A stretch of DNA of 64,000 nt, from positions 633-64,632 of the IMG/VR virus record IMGVR_UViG_3300001199_000007. One strand, 5' to 3'. Made by a program: the position numbers and the translations under genes. A model generated the notes under the pieces. It saw only the letters and a program-made list of their open reading frames with translations, made no database searches and was not told where the DNA came from. Positions 51,213 to 60,913 of this stretch are shown piece after piece. The stretch comes from a virus. Every line of letters begins with the position of its first letter. Within the stretch, counting starts at the first letter, position 1.

Positions 51213-52765
51213 GCATGCCGTTCGCCCCAGCGATCGCAGGCGCTACCCCAGCGGTGCGACGGATCCGCTACAGGGCGTCCGGTACCACGGCACGGTTCCA
51301 CCACAACCGCGCACGTGTCCGCGGGATCCGCGGGCCGGTGGGCTCCGGGAAATCGGTGGCATGCGTGATGGATATATGGCGCATGGCGATGTCCCAGGCG
51401 CCCACCGCCGAGGGCATCCGGAAGTCGCGCTTCGCCATCATCCGCAACACGTTCGGTGAGCTCCGCTCCACCACGATCAAGACGTGGCAGGACTGGGTGC
51501 CCGAGGACATCTGCCCCATCGTCTACGACTCGCCGATCCGCGGCCTGCTCAAGGTGCCGCACCCCGACGGCACCACGATGGTCGAGGCCGAGATCCTGTT
51601 CCTGGCGCTGGACAAGCCCAAGGACGTGAAGAAGCTGCTATCGCTCGAGCTCACCGGTGCCTGGATCAACGAGGCCCGCGAGATCCCCTGGACGATCGTG
51701 CTCGCGGTGCGCCAGCGCATCGGTCGCTACCCCAAGAAGGATGCCGCGCCGATCTCCCAAGTTTCCCTGCTCATGGACACCAACCCGCCCGACACCGACC
51801 ACTGGTGGTACGCGGCGGCCGAAGAGCGGCGCATGCCCAACGCGCCCGAGGATGCCCCGCTCCTCGACCCCAAGGACTTCACGTTTTTCCAGCAGCCGCC
51901 GGCCCTGCTCAAGGTGGGTGGCGCCCGCTACGTCCCGAATCCTGCAGCCGAGAACGTCGAGAACCAGCAACTCGGCTACGGGTACTGGCTCGACCAGGTC
52001 CCCGGTGCGACGTCGGAGTGGATCAAGGTCTACCTGCTCGGGCAATACGGCTTCGTGCTCGACGGCAAGCTCGTCTATCCGGAGTACCGCGACGACGTCC
52101 ATTGCAGACCGGTGCGCCCCATCGAGTCGCTGCCGCTGCTGCTGGGTTGGGACTTCGGGCTGACGCCGGCCTGCATCGTGGGCCAGCTGACGCCGCGGGG
52201 CTCCCTGCACATCCTCGATGAGTTCGTCTCAGAGGACATGGGGCTCGAGCAATTCGCCTCGACCGTGGTGCTGCCCCAACTCGCGATCCGGTACCCACAG
52301 TGGAACCTGCGCACCAACGTGCTCTGCGCCGGCGACCCCAGCGGCAACGATCCCGCGCAGACCGATGAGACCACGTGCTTCCAGGTCCTGAAGTCGCTCG
52401 GCTTCGTCATCAACGGCGGCGGCAGGCAGACCAACGAGTTCCTGCCCAGGCGCAGCGCGGTGGCGCGGTTCCTGACCCGCATGGACGGCGGCACCCCGAG
52501 CTACGTCCTGGACCCCCGGTGCAAGACGCTGCGCAAGGGCTTCCTCGGCGGCTACCACTACCGGCGCATGCAGGTCCCCGGGAAAATGATCTACCGCGAC
52601 GAACCTGACAAGGATGCGTTCTCGCATCCCCATGACGCCCAGCAGTACCTGGCCCAGATGGCCGCGGGCGCGTTCTCGTTGACGGGCCCGGCGATCAGCA
52701 AAGCAGCAGAGCAGCAGGACCGCGAAGAGCCCCGCCAGCGCCGCCGCGTCTCCCTGGTGCACTGA
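51209..52765 (+). CDS. terL: Terminase large subunit
   Basis: RGPVGSGKS, SLELTGAWINEA, MDTNPP, GWDFG, SHPHDAQQY. Confidence 0.92.
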   Translation: MSMPFAPAIAGATPAVRRIRYRASGTTARFHHNRARVRGIRGPVGSGKSVACVMDIWRMAMSQAPTAEGIRKSRFAIIRNTFGELRSTTIKTWQDWVPEDICPIVYDSPIRGLLKVPHPDGTTMVEAEILFLALDKPKDVKKLLSLELTGAWINEAREIPWTIVLAVRQRIGRYPKKDAAPISQVSLLMDTNPPDTDHWWYAAAEERRMPNAPEDAPLLDPKDFTFFQQPPALLKVGGARYVPNPAAENVENQQLGYGYWLDQVPGATSEWIKVYLLGQYGFVLDGKLVYPEYRDDVHCRPVRPIESLPLLLGWDFGLTPACIVGQLTPRGSLHILDEFVSEDMGLEQFASTVVLPQLAIRYPQWNLRTNVLCAGDPSGNDPAQTDETTCFQVLKSLGFVINGGGRQTNEFLPRRSAVARFLTRMDGGTPSYVLDPRCKTLRKGFLGGYHYRRMQVPGKMIYRDEPDKDAFSHPHDAQQYLAQMAAGAFSLTGPAISKAAEQQDREEPRQRRRVSLVH

Positions 52766-52770
52766 CCGTC

Positions 52771-54969
52771 ATGGCCAAGCCCGACCCGAACCAGCTGGCC
52801 CAGAACGACCGAGACGGCACCTCGGCGCTGCGCTGGAACACGGTCATGGACGTCGACGTCTATCGCCGCATGGCGGCGCGACCGCGCCTCGAGGTCTACG
52901 ACGTCGATCGCTTCCGCTGGGAGCTTTCCCAGCAGTCGAACTGGCGCCGCGAGTCCATGATCGACGAGGACTACTACGACGGGAACCAGTACAGCGCGGA
53001 GGCGCTGCAGGACCTCGAGGACATCGGCATCAAGCCGGTGGTGATGAATCTGATCGGGCCGACGATCGACGTCTGCCTCGGCATGGAGGCCAAGCAGCGC
53101 AGCGACTGGACCGTCAAGGCCGCCGATGATCCGACCTGGGATGACGTCGCCCTGGCCATCGCCGCCAAGATGCACACCGCGGAGCGCCTCTCCAAGGCTG
53201 ACCACGCCTGTTCCGAGGCCATCAAGCGGATCTTCAAGGGTGGCCTCTCCTTTGTGGAAGTCCAGCGCGAGACCGATCCCCATCAGTACCGGTATCGCGT
53301 CAAGCATCGCGACTGGCGCGAATTCGGGATCGACCCGTACAGCCAGGAAAACGACATCACGGACGCCCGCTACCTGAAGCGGAGCAAGTTCTTCGACCGC
53401 GTCGCCCTCGAGGCGATGTTCCCGCAGCACGCCAAAGAGCTCTCGATGATCGGCCCGGGCTGGCGCGGGCCCGGCGGTGGCTACGACGGCCGCGAGTTCC
53501 AGGAACCCGCGCTGCTGCGCCGCGGCCACGACGGCGACTGGCGCGACTACAGCCTGGTCGAGCTCGAATGGATCGACTCCGACCGCGACAGGCTCATGCT
53601 GGACGAGGTCTGGTACAAGGTCTGGGTGCGTGGCGAAGTCCTCGAGCTTGCCGACGGCTCGACGATGACGTTCAACCCGAACAGCGAGATCCAGGCCGCC
53701 GCGGTGGAGCGCGGGCGCGCCGTCCTCTCGAAGCGGGTCTGGTCCGAGATGCGTGTCGCGATGTTCGTGGGGCCGCTCAGGCTCCAGGACATCCCGAGCC
53801 CGTACGCGCACCGCAGGTTCCCCTACGCCCCGTTCTGGGGGATGCGCGAGGGCCGCACCGGTGTTCCTTATGGCCTGGTGCGCCGGATGCGGCCGATGCA
53901 GGACGAGGTCAACGCCCGCAACAGCAAGATGCTGTGGGCGCTGTCAGCGCGCCGCGTCATCGCCACCGACGACGCCGTCGACAACCACGACACCGTTCGA
54001 GAAGAGGTCGCCAGGCCCGACGCCTATATCCGGCTTGGCAAGCAGTGGAACGCCAACTCGAAATTCGACGTGGACTCCAACGTCACGATCTCGGAGCAGC
54101 AGTACAAGATCCTGGTTGATCGCGTCCAGCGCATCCAGGACGTCGCCGGCGTCTACCAGACCACGCTGGGGAAGAAGGAGGCGGGCGCCGACTCCGGCAT
54201 CGCGATCAACTCTCTCATCGAGCAGAGCTCGACGACGCTGGCCCCGATGTACGAGAACTTCCGCATGGGCCGCACGATCGTGGGCGAGTTGCTCATGGCC
54301 ATGGTCGTCGAGGACATGAAGGACATGCGCGAGGTGCCCGTGCAGGTCGAGGGCGCCCGCGGCAAGCGCGTCATCGTGCTCAACAAGCCCAAGAAGCTGG
54401 ACTCCGGCATCGAAGTGCTCGAGAACGACGTCCAGCGCGCCAAACTCAGGCTCACGCTCGAGGACGTCCCGGCCACGGCCACGTTCCGCCAGCAGCAGTT
54501 CATGCGCATCGCCGAGATGGTGCAGACGCTGGGCAAGGTCGATCCCGCCAGTGCGGCGAAGTTCCTGGATCTCCTCGTCGAGGCCTCCGACGTCCCGAAC
54601 AAGGCGACGTTCCTGGATCGGGTCCGCGAGCTCATCGGCATCGCGCCGGATCCGTCGACCATGACCGACGAGCAGCGTGCCAAGTACGAGGCCAAGGCGG
54701 AGCAACTTGCCAAGCAGCAGGCGCTCGAGGAGCGCGCCATGCAGGCGGAAGTCGCCGGCAAGGAGGCCAAGGCGGCGAAGGACATGGCCTCTGTCGAGCA
54801 GATGCAGGCCAAGACCGACGAAGTCATGCAGCTGGTCGAGGCGCGCTTCCAGGATCTCATGGCCAAGGTCGCGAAGACCCAGGCCGACACGGCCGCCGTG
54901 CTGCAGGACATCAAGATGCAGGCCGAAGCCGGCCTCCCCGACAAGACGGAGGGCATCTACCGATGGTGA
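52771..54969 (+). CDS. Portal protein (P22-like, 732 aa)
   Basis: Follows TerL. D..YYDG.Q, NLI.PTID, PY.PF...R, YGLVR.M..MQDEVN.R.SK, G......SG.AI. Confidence 0.85.
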   Translation: MAKPDPNQLAQNDRDGTSALRWNTVMDVDVYRRMAARPRLEVYDVDRFRWELSQQSNWRRESMIDEDYYDGNQYSAEALQDLEDIGIKPVVMNLIGPTIDVCLGMEAKQRSDWTVKAADDPTWDDVALAIAAKMHTAERLSKADHACSEAIKRIFKGGLSFVEVQRETDPHQYRYRVKHRDWREFGIDPYSQENDITDARYLKRSKFFDRVALEAMFPQHAKELSMIGPGWRGPGGGYDGREFQEPALLRRGHDGDWRDYSLVELEWIDSDRDRLMLDEVWYKVWVRGEVLELADGSTMTFNPNSEIQAAAVERGRAVLSKRVWSEMRVAMFVGPLRLQDIPSPYAHRRFPYAPFWGMREGRTGVPYGLVRRMRPMQDEVNARNSKMLWALSARRVIATDDAVDNHDTVREEVARPDAYIRLGKQWNANSKFDVDSNVTISEQQYKILVDRVQRIQDVAGVYQTTLGKKEAGADSGIAINSLIEQSSTTLAPMYENFRMGRTIVGELLMAMVVEDMKDMREVPVQVEGARGKRVIVLNKPKKLDSGIEVLENDVQRAKLRLTLEDVPATATFRQQQFMRIAEMVQTLGKVDPASAAKFLDLLVEASDVPNKATFLDRVRELIGIAPDPSTMTDEQRAKYEAKAEQLAKQQALEERAMQAEVAGKEAKAAKDMASVEQMQAKTDEVMQLVEARFQDLMAKVAKTQADTAAVLQDIKMQAEAGLPDKTEGIYRW

Positions 54970-55004
54970 GCCCTCGGACCCCCTTCCGACCGGAGTAGAC
55001 GCTG

Positions 55005-55310
55005 ATGGCGATCCGACACCTGCTGTGCGAGCTCGTCGAGGAGACGAAGTACGTCTACAACCCGAGAGGGCAGTTCCTGCGAGCCCACATCAGCGCGAAT
55101 CCGCTGTCGGGAACGCTGCTGGTGGAGATGACCAGCGCTCCGGTCGACCTGGTCAAGCTCGTCGAAGAAGGCGGCACCGACAACAACGTGCTCTGGGAGG
55201 CGTGGGACGAAGGCGAGGTCAACGAGCTCGCTCATGCCGTGCTCGACGCGCCGTGGACCGCGCTGCGCATCACGGCGACCGATGCGCACGTCACCGTGAC
55301 GGCAGACTGA
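55005..55310 (+). CDS. Hypothetical virion protein (101 aa)
   Basis: SD GGAG; beta-rich; in the head operon. Confidence 0.5.
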   Translation: MAIRHLLCELVEETKYVYNPRGQFLRAHISANPLSGTLLVEMTSAPVDLVKLVEEGGTDNNVLWEAWDEGEVNELAHAVLDAPWTALRITATDAHVTVTAD

Positions 55311-55311
55311 C

Positions 55312-55914
55312 ATGGCCGCCGCCTTCCACAGCAGCGCATTCCGATCGAGCCCGTTCCCGGTGCGCGAAGCCGTCGAGCTCATCGCCGTCGAGGACTCCGG
55401 CAGCCCCGACGATGATTCGTGGGGCGATACCTGGACCGACAACGCCGCTCCAACCGACACGCACGGCGCCGATACGGCGCTGGTGGCGACCGACACCGGC
55501 CAGGAGGTGCTGATCGAGGTCGACCTGACGGCCTACGCAGGCGCTACCGCGACCGCCAACGTGCACTACCTGCAGTTGACGGCGACCCACACCGCTGGGG
55601 CGGAACCGCCGGATCTCGTGGCTGCCGCCCTAGTCTCGGAGACCAGGCCGTTCGTGGAGTCCACGGTCGATCATGAATCCGCTCCAGGAGCGGAGTTGTT
55701 CACCATCGACCTGTCCGGCGCCACGGTGGTCGAGGACGGCGCCGACCAGGTCATCGAAGTTCCGATCAGCCGCTCCGCGCTGCAGCAGATGCTCGGCCTG
55801 TGGGTGTGCTTCAAGTTCGGGATCTCCGACGGGACCTTGAGCATCGTGTCGCGCGAAGACGCCACGGCTGCGGATCGCCCCATGCTGCACTTCACGTACA
55901 GGCCAGCGCCGTGA
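55312..55914 (+). CDS. DNRLRE/CBM96-like beta-sandwich protein (200 aa)
   Basis: DTW..AAP.DTHG....L, IEVDLT, YLQL, FVESTV, SREDA..RPMLHFTY pattern. Confidence 0.5.
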   Translation: MAAAFHSSAFRSSPFPVREAVELIAVEDSGSPDDDSWGDTWTDNAAPTDTHGADTALVATDTGQEVLIEVDLTAYAGATATANVHYLQLTATHTAGAEPPDLVAAALVSETRPFVESTVDHESAPGAELFTIDLSGATVVEDGADQVIEVPISRSALQQMLGLWVCFKFGISDGTLSIVSREDATAADRPMLHFTYRPAP

Positions 55915-56069
55915 GTACCCCAGCGCAGACCCCATTCGATTCGCTGGGCGACGTACCGCCCCCGATGAGCCCACGGTCAAGGGCCGGCATGGAGACCGCC
56001 GCGAGGGTCGCCGTTCGTAGTCCGCTGAACGTCAATGCGGACGTGCTCCGACGTCAAGGAGACCGATGA
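55911..56069 (+). CDS. Possible small protein (52 aa)
   Basis: GTGA overlap at the start and ATGA overlap at the end. Confidence 0.3.
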   Translation: MSTPAQTPFDSLGDVPPPMSPRSRAGMETAARVAVRSPLNVNADVLRRQGDR

Positions 56070-57232
56070 TGGCTGGTACCGAAGTAGAGAAGGATGCGGC
56101 GGATTTCGCCGCGGAGCAGGAGGCAGCCTTTGCCAGTGGCGGCGACGCCGCGCTCGAGGCGATGCTGTTCGATGACCCCAGGAAGGCGGGCGAAGCTGCC
56201 GCCGACCAGGATGGCGCGAACGGTGAGGCCGACGGTGATGGCGATGCAGCTGCCGCTGGTGGAGGCGATGGAGGCGACAAGGGCAAGGCAGGTGAAGGCG
56301 CGTCAGCGGAACCGCAAACCAGCAAAGCCGCAGGCGAGCAGGGCGCGACAACGGGATCAGCAGCCGCTGTTACGACCGACGGGGCGCAGGACTCCGAGGC
56401 CGAACCCATCGGCGTGAAGCTGCCCAGCGGCAAGATCATCGACTACTCCGAGCTCAAGACGGCGCGTCAGCGTGCCGCCGAGGCCGAGGGGCGCGTCAAC
56501 GATCTGCAGGCCCAACTCACCGAACTGCGTGCCAAGGTCGACGCGCAGGCGCAGCAGCAGGGCGCCAGGCGCGATCCTGACCAGGCCGGCAATGCCGACG
56601 AGGATCCGCTGGCCGGGCTCAACCCGGACGACTTCCCGGAGCCGCTGGTCAAGGCCGTCAAGGCCGCGACCGACGCTGCGAAGAAGGCGACCGAGCGCGC
56701 CGAACGCGCCGAGCAGCAGGTCCAGACCCTCGCGCAGCAGTCCCAGCGCAGCACCGACGACGAGCGTCAGACGCTGATCGATCAGAACGACGATCTGCGC
56801 CGCTGGCAATCGAAGAAGGGCGGCCTCTGGGCCGATGCCGTCGCCAAGGACGCCGAACTGCGAGCCGATCCGGAGTGGCAGGACAAGCCCCCCGCGGAAC
56901 GCTTCGCCGAGGTCGCACGCCGTGTCCGCGAGGACAACGGCATGCCGCCGCCACCGACACCTGGCTCCACATCCTCCTCCTCGAACGGTACCGGTGCTGC
57001 AGGCGCGAAGCCGGGCACCTCATCGGGTAGCGGCGCATCCCAGACCGCTGCTCGCAACGGCAAGGGCGCGAGCCCGGCGCCGGTGAGCAGCCTTTCCGAC
57101 ATCCCCGGTGGCGCGACCCCAGCCGCCGATCCACTGCAATCGCTCGAGGAAGCCTCGACGGCGGGCATCGCTGCCCGCTTCGAGAACCTCAGCGCGCAGC
57201 AGATCGACGACTACCTGGCGCGCTTCGGGTAA
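56066..57232 (+). CDS. Capsid scaffolding protein
   Basis: Acidic low-complexity N-terminus and coiled coil; immediately upstream of the MCP. Confidence 0.75.
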   Translation: MMAGTEVEKDAADFAAEQEAAFASGGDAALEAMLFDDPRKAGEAAADQDGANGEADGDGDAAAAGGGDGGDKGKAGEGASAEPQTSKAAGEQGATTGSAAAVTTDGAQDSEAEPIGVKLPSGKIIDYSELKTARQRAAEAEGRVNDLQAQLTELRAKVDAQAQQQGARRDPDQAGNADEDPLAGLNPDDFPEPLVKAVKAATDAAKKATERAERAEQQVQTLAQQSQRSTDDERQTLIDQNDDLRRWQSKKGGLWADAVAKDAELRADPEWQDKPPAERFAEVARRVREDNGMPPPPTPGSTSSSSNGTGAAGAKPGTSSGSGASQTAARNGKGASPAPVSSLSDIPGGATPAADPLQSLEEASTAGIAARFENLSAQQIDDYLARFG

Positions 57233-57247
57233 CCCAGGAGTTATCCC

Positions 57248-58486
57248 ATGTCCTCGCAATACATCGCGCCCGGAAGCGGCCTTGCCGTCAAGGTCTATTC
57301 CGCAGCGCTGTTCAACCGGATGGCGCGCAAGCCCACGTTCCGGTCTCGCAATACCGGCCCGGCACCGAAGGAAGGCGCCGCAGCCGCCAAGCTGAAGCGC
57401 ACGACGACGTCGCCGGGCATGCCCATCGTCGAGATCCGCGATCTCGCCAAGGGCGCCGGCGATCGTGCCCAGTACGACATCGTCGACATCCTGCAGGGCA
57501 AGCCGATCATGGGCGATCGGCGCATCAGCGGTCGCATGATGAAGATGGACTTCTCCACGGAGGAGATCGTCATCAATCAGTACCGCGGCGGTGTCGACCC
57601 GGGCGGCAGGATGACGAAGAAGCGCACGATCTACGACCTGCGCAAGCTCGCGATGGCCAACCTCGACGGTTGGAACAACAACATGATGGACAACATCGCG
57701 CTGGTGCACCTCGCCGGCGCGCGCGGGTTCCAGACCGGTCGCGACTGGTCGTCGGTTCCGGTCGAGAGCGATCCCGACTTCGCCGACATCCTGGTCAATG
57801 AAGTCGTCCCGCCGAGCTACAACCGGCGGTTCCTGGCCGAGGATGGATCGACGTCCGGTGCGCAGATCGACAGCGGCGACGTGCTCACGCTCGACGTCAT
57901 CGACAGCGTCCGCACCGGCATCGACGAATCCGAGTACCCGATGCAGGGTATCCAGATCGAGAGCGGCGACTACAACAGCTCCGAAGACGATGGCCCGCTG
58001 TACGTGATGTACGTCTCGCCGCGCGGCTACAGCCAGATCCGCGACACCAATACCGACAAGGACTGGAACTCGCTCGTCTCGGCCGCGGTGACGCGCGCCA
58101 ACATGAGCAAGCATCCGATCTTCGGCAACGGTGCGCTCTACTGGCGCGGGATCGTCATCAAGCAGACCAATCGCGTGATCCGGTTCCCCACCGGTTCGGC
58201 GATGCGCGAGTTCGCTTCGGACGGCACCACGATCAACACGGTGACCACGGCGGTTGGCGTGGATCGCGCGATCGTGCTCGGCGCCCAGGCGATGGTTTGC
58301 GCGTTCGGTTCCGACGAGGCCAGCGGGTACCACCTGAACTGGAACGAGGAGGTCACCGACCACAAGGCCCGCGTCGAGATCTCGACGTCGATCATCGGAG
58401 GCTGGAAGAAGCTCCGCTTCAAGATCGACGGCGTCTACACCGACCACGGCGTCGTCACCGTCGACCACTACAACGGCATCGCCTAA
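57248..58486 (+). CDS. Major capsid protein, N4-gp56/DUF4043 type
   Basis: AVKVYSAALF, DLAKGAGDR..DI..L...PIMGD....G....F....I.INQ.R, HLAGARG, KLRF. Confidence 0.88.
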   Translation: MSSQYIAPGSGLAVKVYSAALFNRMARKPTFRSRNTGPAPKEGAAAAKLKRTTTSPGMPIVEIRDLAKGAGDRAQYDIVDILQGKPIMGDRRISGRMMKMDFSTEEIVINQYRGGVDPGGRMTKKRTIYDLRKLAMANLDGWNNNMMDNIALVHLAGARGFQTGRDWSSVPVESDPDFADILVNEVVPPSYNRRFLAEDGSTSGAQIDSGDVLTLDVIDSVRTGIDESEYPMQGIQIESGDYNSSEDDGPLYVMYVSPRGYSQIRDTNTDKDWNSLVSAAVTRANMSKHPIFGNGALYWRGIVIKQTNRVIRFPTGSAMREFASDGTTINTVTTAVGVDRAIVLGAQAMVCAFGSDEASGYHLNWNEEVTDHKARVEISTSIIGGWKKLRFKIDGVYTDHGVVTVDHYNGIA

Positions 58487-58537
58487 CGGCGGTGCTGTTC
58501 GTGGTGGTCTCGACCCCAACAGCAAGAGGTAACTGAC

Positions 58538-58969
58538 ATGGCAACCATTGACGTATCCGGGCAGAACACCCCGATCCAGGGTGGGACGTTCGGCAACAAA
58601 TCCGCGGAGCACTTCAGGTACGTGCCCACGGCCAACCTTTCGGCGGGCGATCGCGTGAAGCTGTGCAAGCTGGAGAAGGGCATCAAGGTGCTCGACATCC
58701 ACGCCTGCACGGAAGACAACCTCACGGACCTCACTCTGAGCTTCGGCTTCGAGTACGAGGACGCCGCGCTCGCCTCCCTGGACAGCGACGTCTACTTCAT
58801 GGACGCGGTGGCGGCGGCGACGGCGGGCGTATTCCGCAAGTCGAAGCCGCTGCCTCCACCGGAGATGGCAGGCGACGCCTGGTTGGTCGTCACGTTCGGA
58901 GTGGCCGCGTTTCCCACCACCAACCGCCTCGACGTAGTCCTCGACTACGACTTCCGCGGCAAGCCCTGA
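58538..58969 (+). CDS. Capsid decoration/cement-like protein (143 aa)
   Basis: Directly after the MCP; GDRVKLCKL..G..V.D beta-tulip-like pattern. Confidence 0.6.
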   Translation: MATIDVSGQNTPIQGGTFGNKSAEHFRYVPTANLSAGDRVKLCKLEKGIKVLDIHACTEDNLTDLTLSFGFEYEDAALASLDSDVYFMDAVAAATAGVFRKSKPLPPPEMAGDAWLVVTFGVAAFPTTNRLDVVLDYDFRGKP

Positions 58970-58986
58970 GTGGGTGGGACCTGATC

Positions 58987-59016
58987 GAGGGGCGGCGGCA
59001 GCGTCGCCCCTCTTCT
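58987..59016 (+). terminator. Hairpin, possible partial terminator after the head genes
   Basis: GAGGGGCG/CGCCCCTC stem with a short TTCT tail. Confidence 0.35.
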
Positions 59017-59038
59017 GGGTCCTCACAAGGAGAACGAA

Positions 59039-59611
59039 ATGGCTTCAACGAACATGCTGAAGGTCTACTACATCGGCCCCAAGCCGAAGAAGGTGGACAA
59101 CGTCTCTTCCGCGAAGAATCGCAAGCAGCGCGTCTGGCGCGGCTTCGGCGACTCGCTGCAGATTCCCGAGGGCGAAGCGCACGAGTTGTTCCGCTTCGAC
59201 ACGATCTGGGCCGACGATGCCGGCTTCAAGGCGGCCAAGGCCAAGCGTGATGCCGCGGCGCAGGCGCAGGAGATCGAGATGATCGAGCGCGCGAACCGCA
59301 GCAAGGCGCGTCGTCTCGCACGTGCGCCCGACCCGGACGAAGGCGACGAGGCCGAGGAGATCGAGGAGCACCGCACCCCGGGCCAGTCCACGGACACCCA
59401 GGAGAACGGCGAGCAGGACCAGGACCGCGAGGCGCTGATCCAGGGCGCAATCCTGTCTCTGAACCCGGAGAGCCTCGAGGACTACACCTCGACCGGTGCA
59501 CCGCGCGTGACCCGTGTCTCCACGATCGTCGGCACCAACGTCGCAGCCGACGAGATCGAAGACGCTGTGAAGCGTCTCCGCGCAGCTGGCAAGTTGAAGC
59601 CCGCGAACTGA
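59039..59611 (+). CDS. Hypothetical head-completion protein (190 aa)
   Basis: SD AAGGAG; C-terminal YTSTGAPRV motif. Confidence 0.55.
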   Translation: MASTNMLKVYYIGPKPKKVDNVSSAKNRKQRVWRGFGDSLQIPEGEAHELFRFDTIWADDAGFKAAKAKRDAAAQAQEIEMIERANRSKARRLARAPDPDEGDEAEEIEEHRTPGQSTDTQENGEQDQDREALIQGAILSLNPESLEDYTSTGAPRVTRVSTIVGTNVAADEIEDAVKRLRAAGKLKPAN

Positions 59612-59621
59612 GGACGCCGCC

Positions 59622-60299
59622 ATGGGTACGATCGTCGTCGACCGGATCATCGACCGGGTCTCCAAAAAGCTCTTCGATGAGACCAACATTCGGTGGGATC
59701 CCGCTGAGTTGCTGACCGATTACAACGCGATAAAGAACACCATCGTCGCGTTGAAGCCGGACGCCTATGTGCTAACGGCATCCCACCAACTCGTTGCCGG
59801 ATCGAAGCAGGCGATCCCGGCTGCGGCGATCGCTTTCCGTCGTCTCATCCGGTGGCTGGGTGCTGACGGCGAGACCCCAGGAAATGCGATCCGCGTCGCC
59901 GATCGCGACGATCTCGACCACGCCAGGCCGGATTGGCACACCGAGTCGGGTGATTCCGTCCTGCACTTCATCCACGACAAGCTCAACCCCAGGGTTTTCT
60001 ACGTGTACCCGCAGGCGACCGGCTACGTGGAGGGGGTCTGGACAGCGACACCTCCGGATTCGACGACCCCGGCCAGCGACGTCCTGCCGCTCGACGACAT
60101 CTACGAGGAGTGCATCTTCCGCGGGATGATGGCGGCGGCGTACTCGAAGAACTTCAAGTCCGTCGACATGAACAAGGCCTCGTACTACGAGGCCAGGTTC
60201 AACGAGTTCCTCGGGCTCAAGAGCACGGCGCAGTATCGGTTCGCGGCCAAGTCGGCGGCCCAGGAACAGGCTGCTGAAATGCCGGGCGGTGATGACTGA
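59622..60299 (+). CDS. Head-tail adaptor-like protein (225 aa)
   Basis: RW...EL...N......PDAY.....L.AGSKQ, FYVYP pattern of podoviral adaptors. Confidence 0.65.
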   Translation: MGTIVVDRIIDRVSKKLFDETNIRWDPAELLTDYNAIKNTIVALKPDAYVLTASHQLVAGSKQAIPAAAIAFRRLIRWLGADGETPGNAIRVADRDDLDHARPDWHTESGDSVLHFIHDKLNPRVFYVYPQATGYVEGVWTATPPDSTTPASDVLPLDDIYEECIFRGMMAAAYSKNFKSVDMNKASYYEARFNEFLGLKSTAQYRFAAKSAAQEQAAEMPGGDD

Positions 60300-60913
60300 T
60301 GGCGGCGATCGACTCCCTCTTCGGGGCGATCCGTGTGCACATCAGGGACTGCCCGGCTCCGGCGATGAGCGATGCCATCGTGGAGATCGCGCGCGAGTTC
60401 TGTGCGTACACGCGCTGCGTTCGGGAGACCATCCTTCTCGATGCTGTGAAGGACCTCTTCTACTACCCGCTAGCCCCGGAGGTGACCCTGCAGACTGAAG
60501 TGGTTGGGGTCCACGCGGTGGAGTTCGATGGTGAGCCGATCGATCCCAGAGTGCAGGAGGGGATCGATCACTCCAATGAGGGTCCCGAGGAGTGGGTCTA
60601 CGAGTTTCCGGACCAGCTGCGCCTTTTCGGGCCGCCGCTGGCGGATCTCGACGACGGCATCTCGGTGCGCCTCATCCTGCAGCCCACGCTCGCGGCAACT
60701 GCACTGCCAGACGCGCTGCTCCGCAAGTACAGGCGGGACATCGCCGACGGCACCATCGCCTATCTCGCCTCGATGACGAAGGCGGGCTGGTACGCGCCGG
60801 AGCTCGTCAAGGAGTTCGGGCCGAAGTACCGCAAGAGCCTGGACCACGCCAGGACCGATGCGGACCGCGACAACGGGCCGCGCAACTTCCGCGTCCGTCC
60901 CTGCGGCCCGTGA
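60299..60913 (+). CDS. Second adaptor/tail-attachment protein (204 aa)
   Basis: TGATG coupling; CP......AI....REFC..T..W-type motif, L.P+..A..LPD. Confidence 0.65.
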   Translation: MAAIDSLFGAIRVHIRDCPAPAMSDAIVEIAREFCAYTRCVRETILLDAVKDLFYYPLAPEVTLQTEVVGVHAVEFDGEPIDPRVQEGIDHSNEGPEEWVYEFPDQLRLFGPPLADLDDGISVRLILQPTLAATALPDALLRKYRRDIADGTIAYLASMTKAGWYAPELVKEFGPKYRKSLDHARTDADRDNGPRNFRVRPCGP

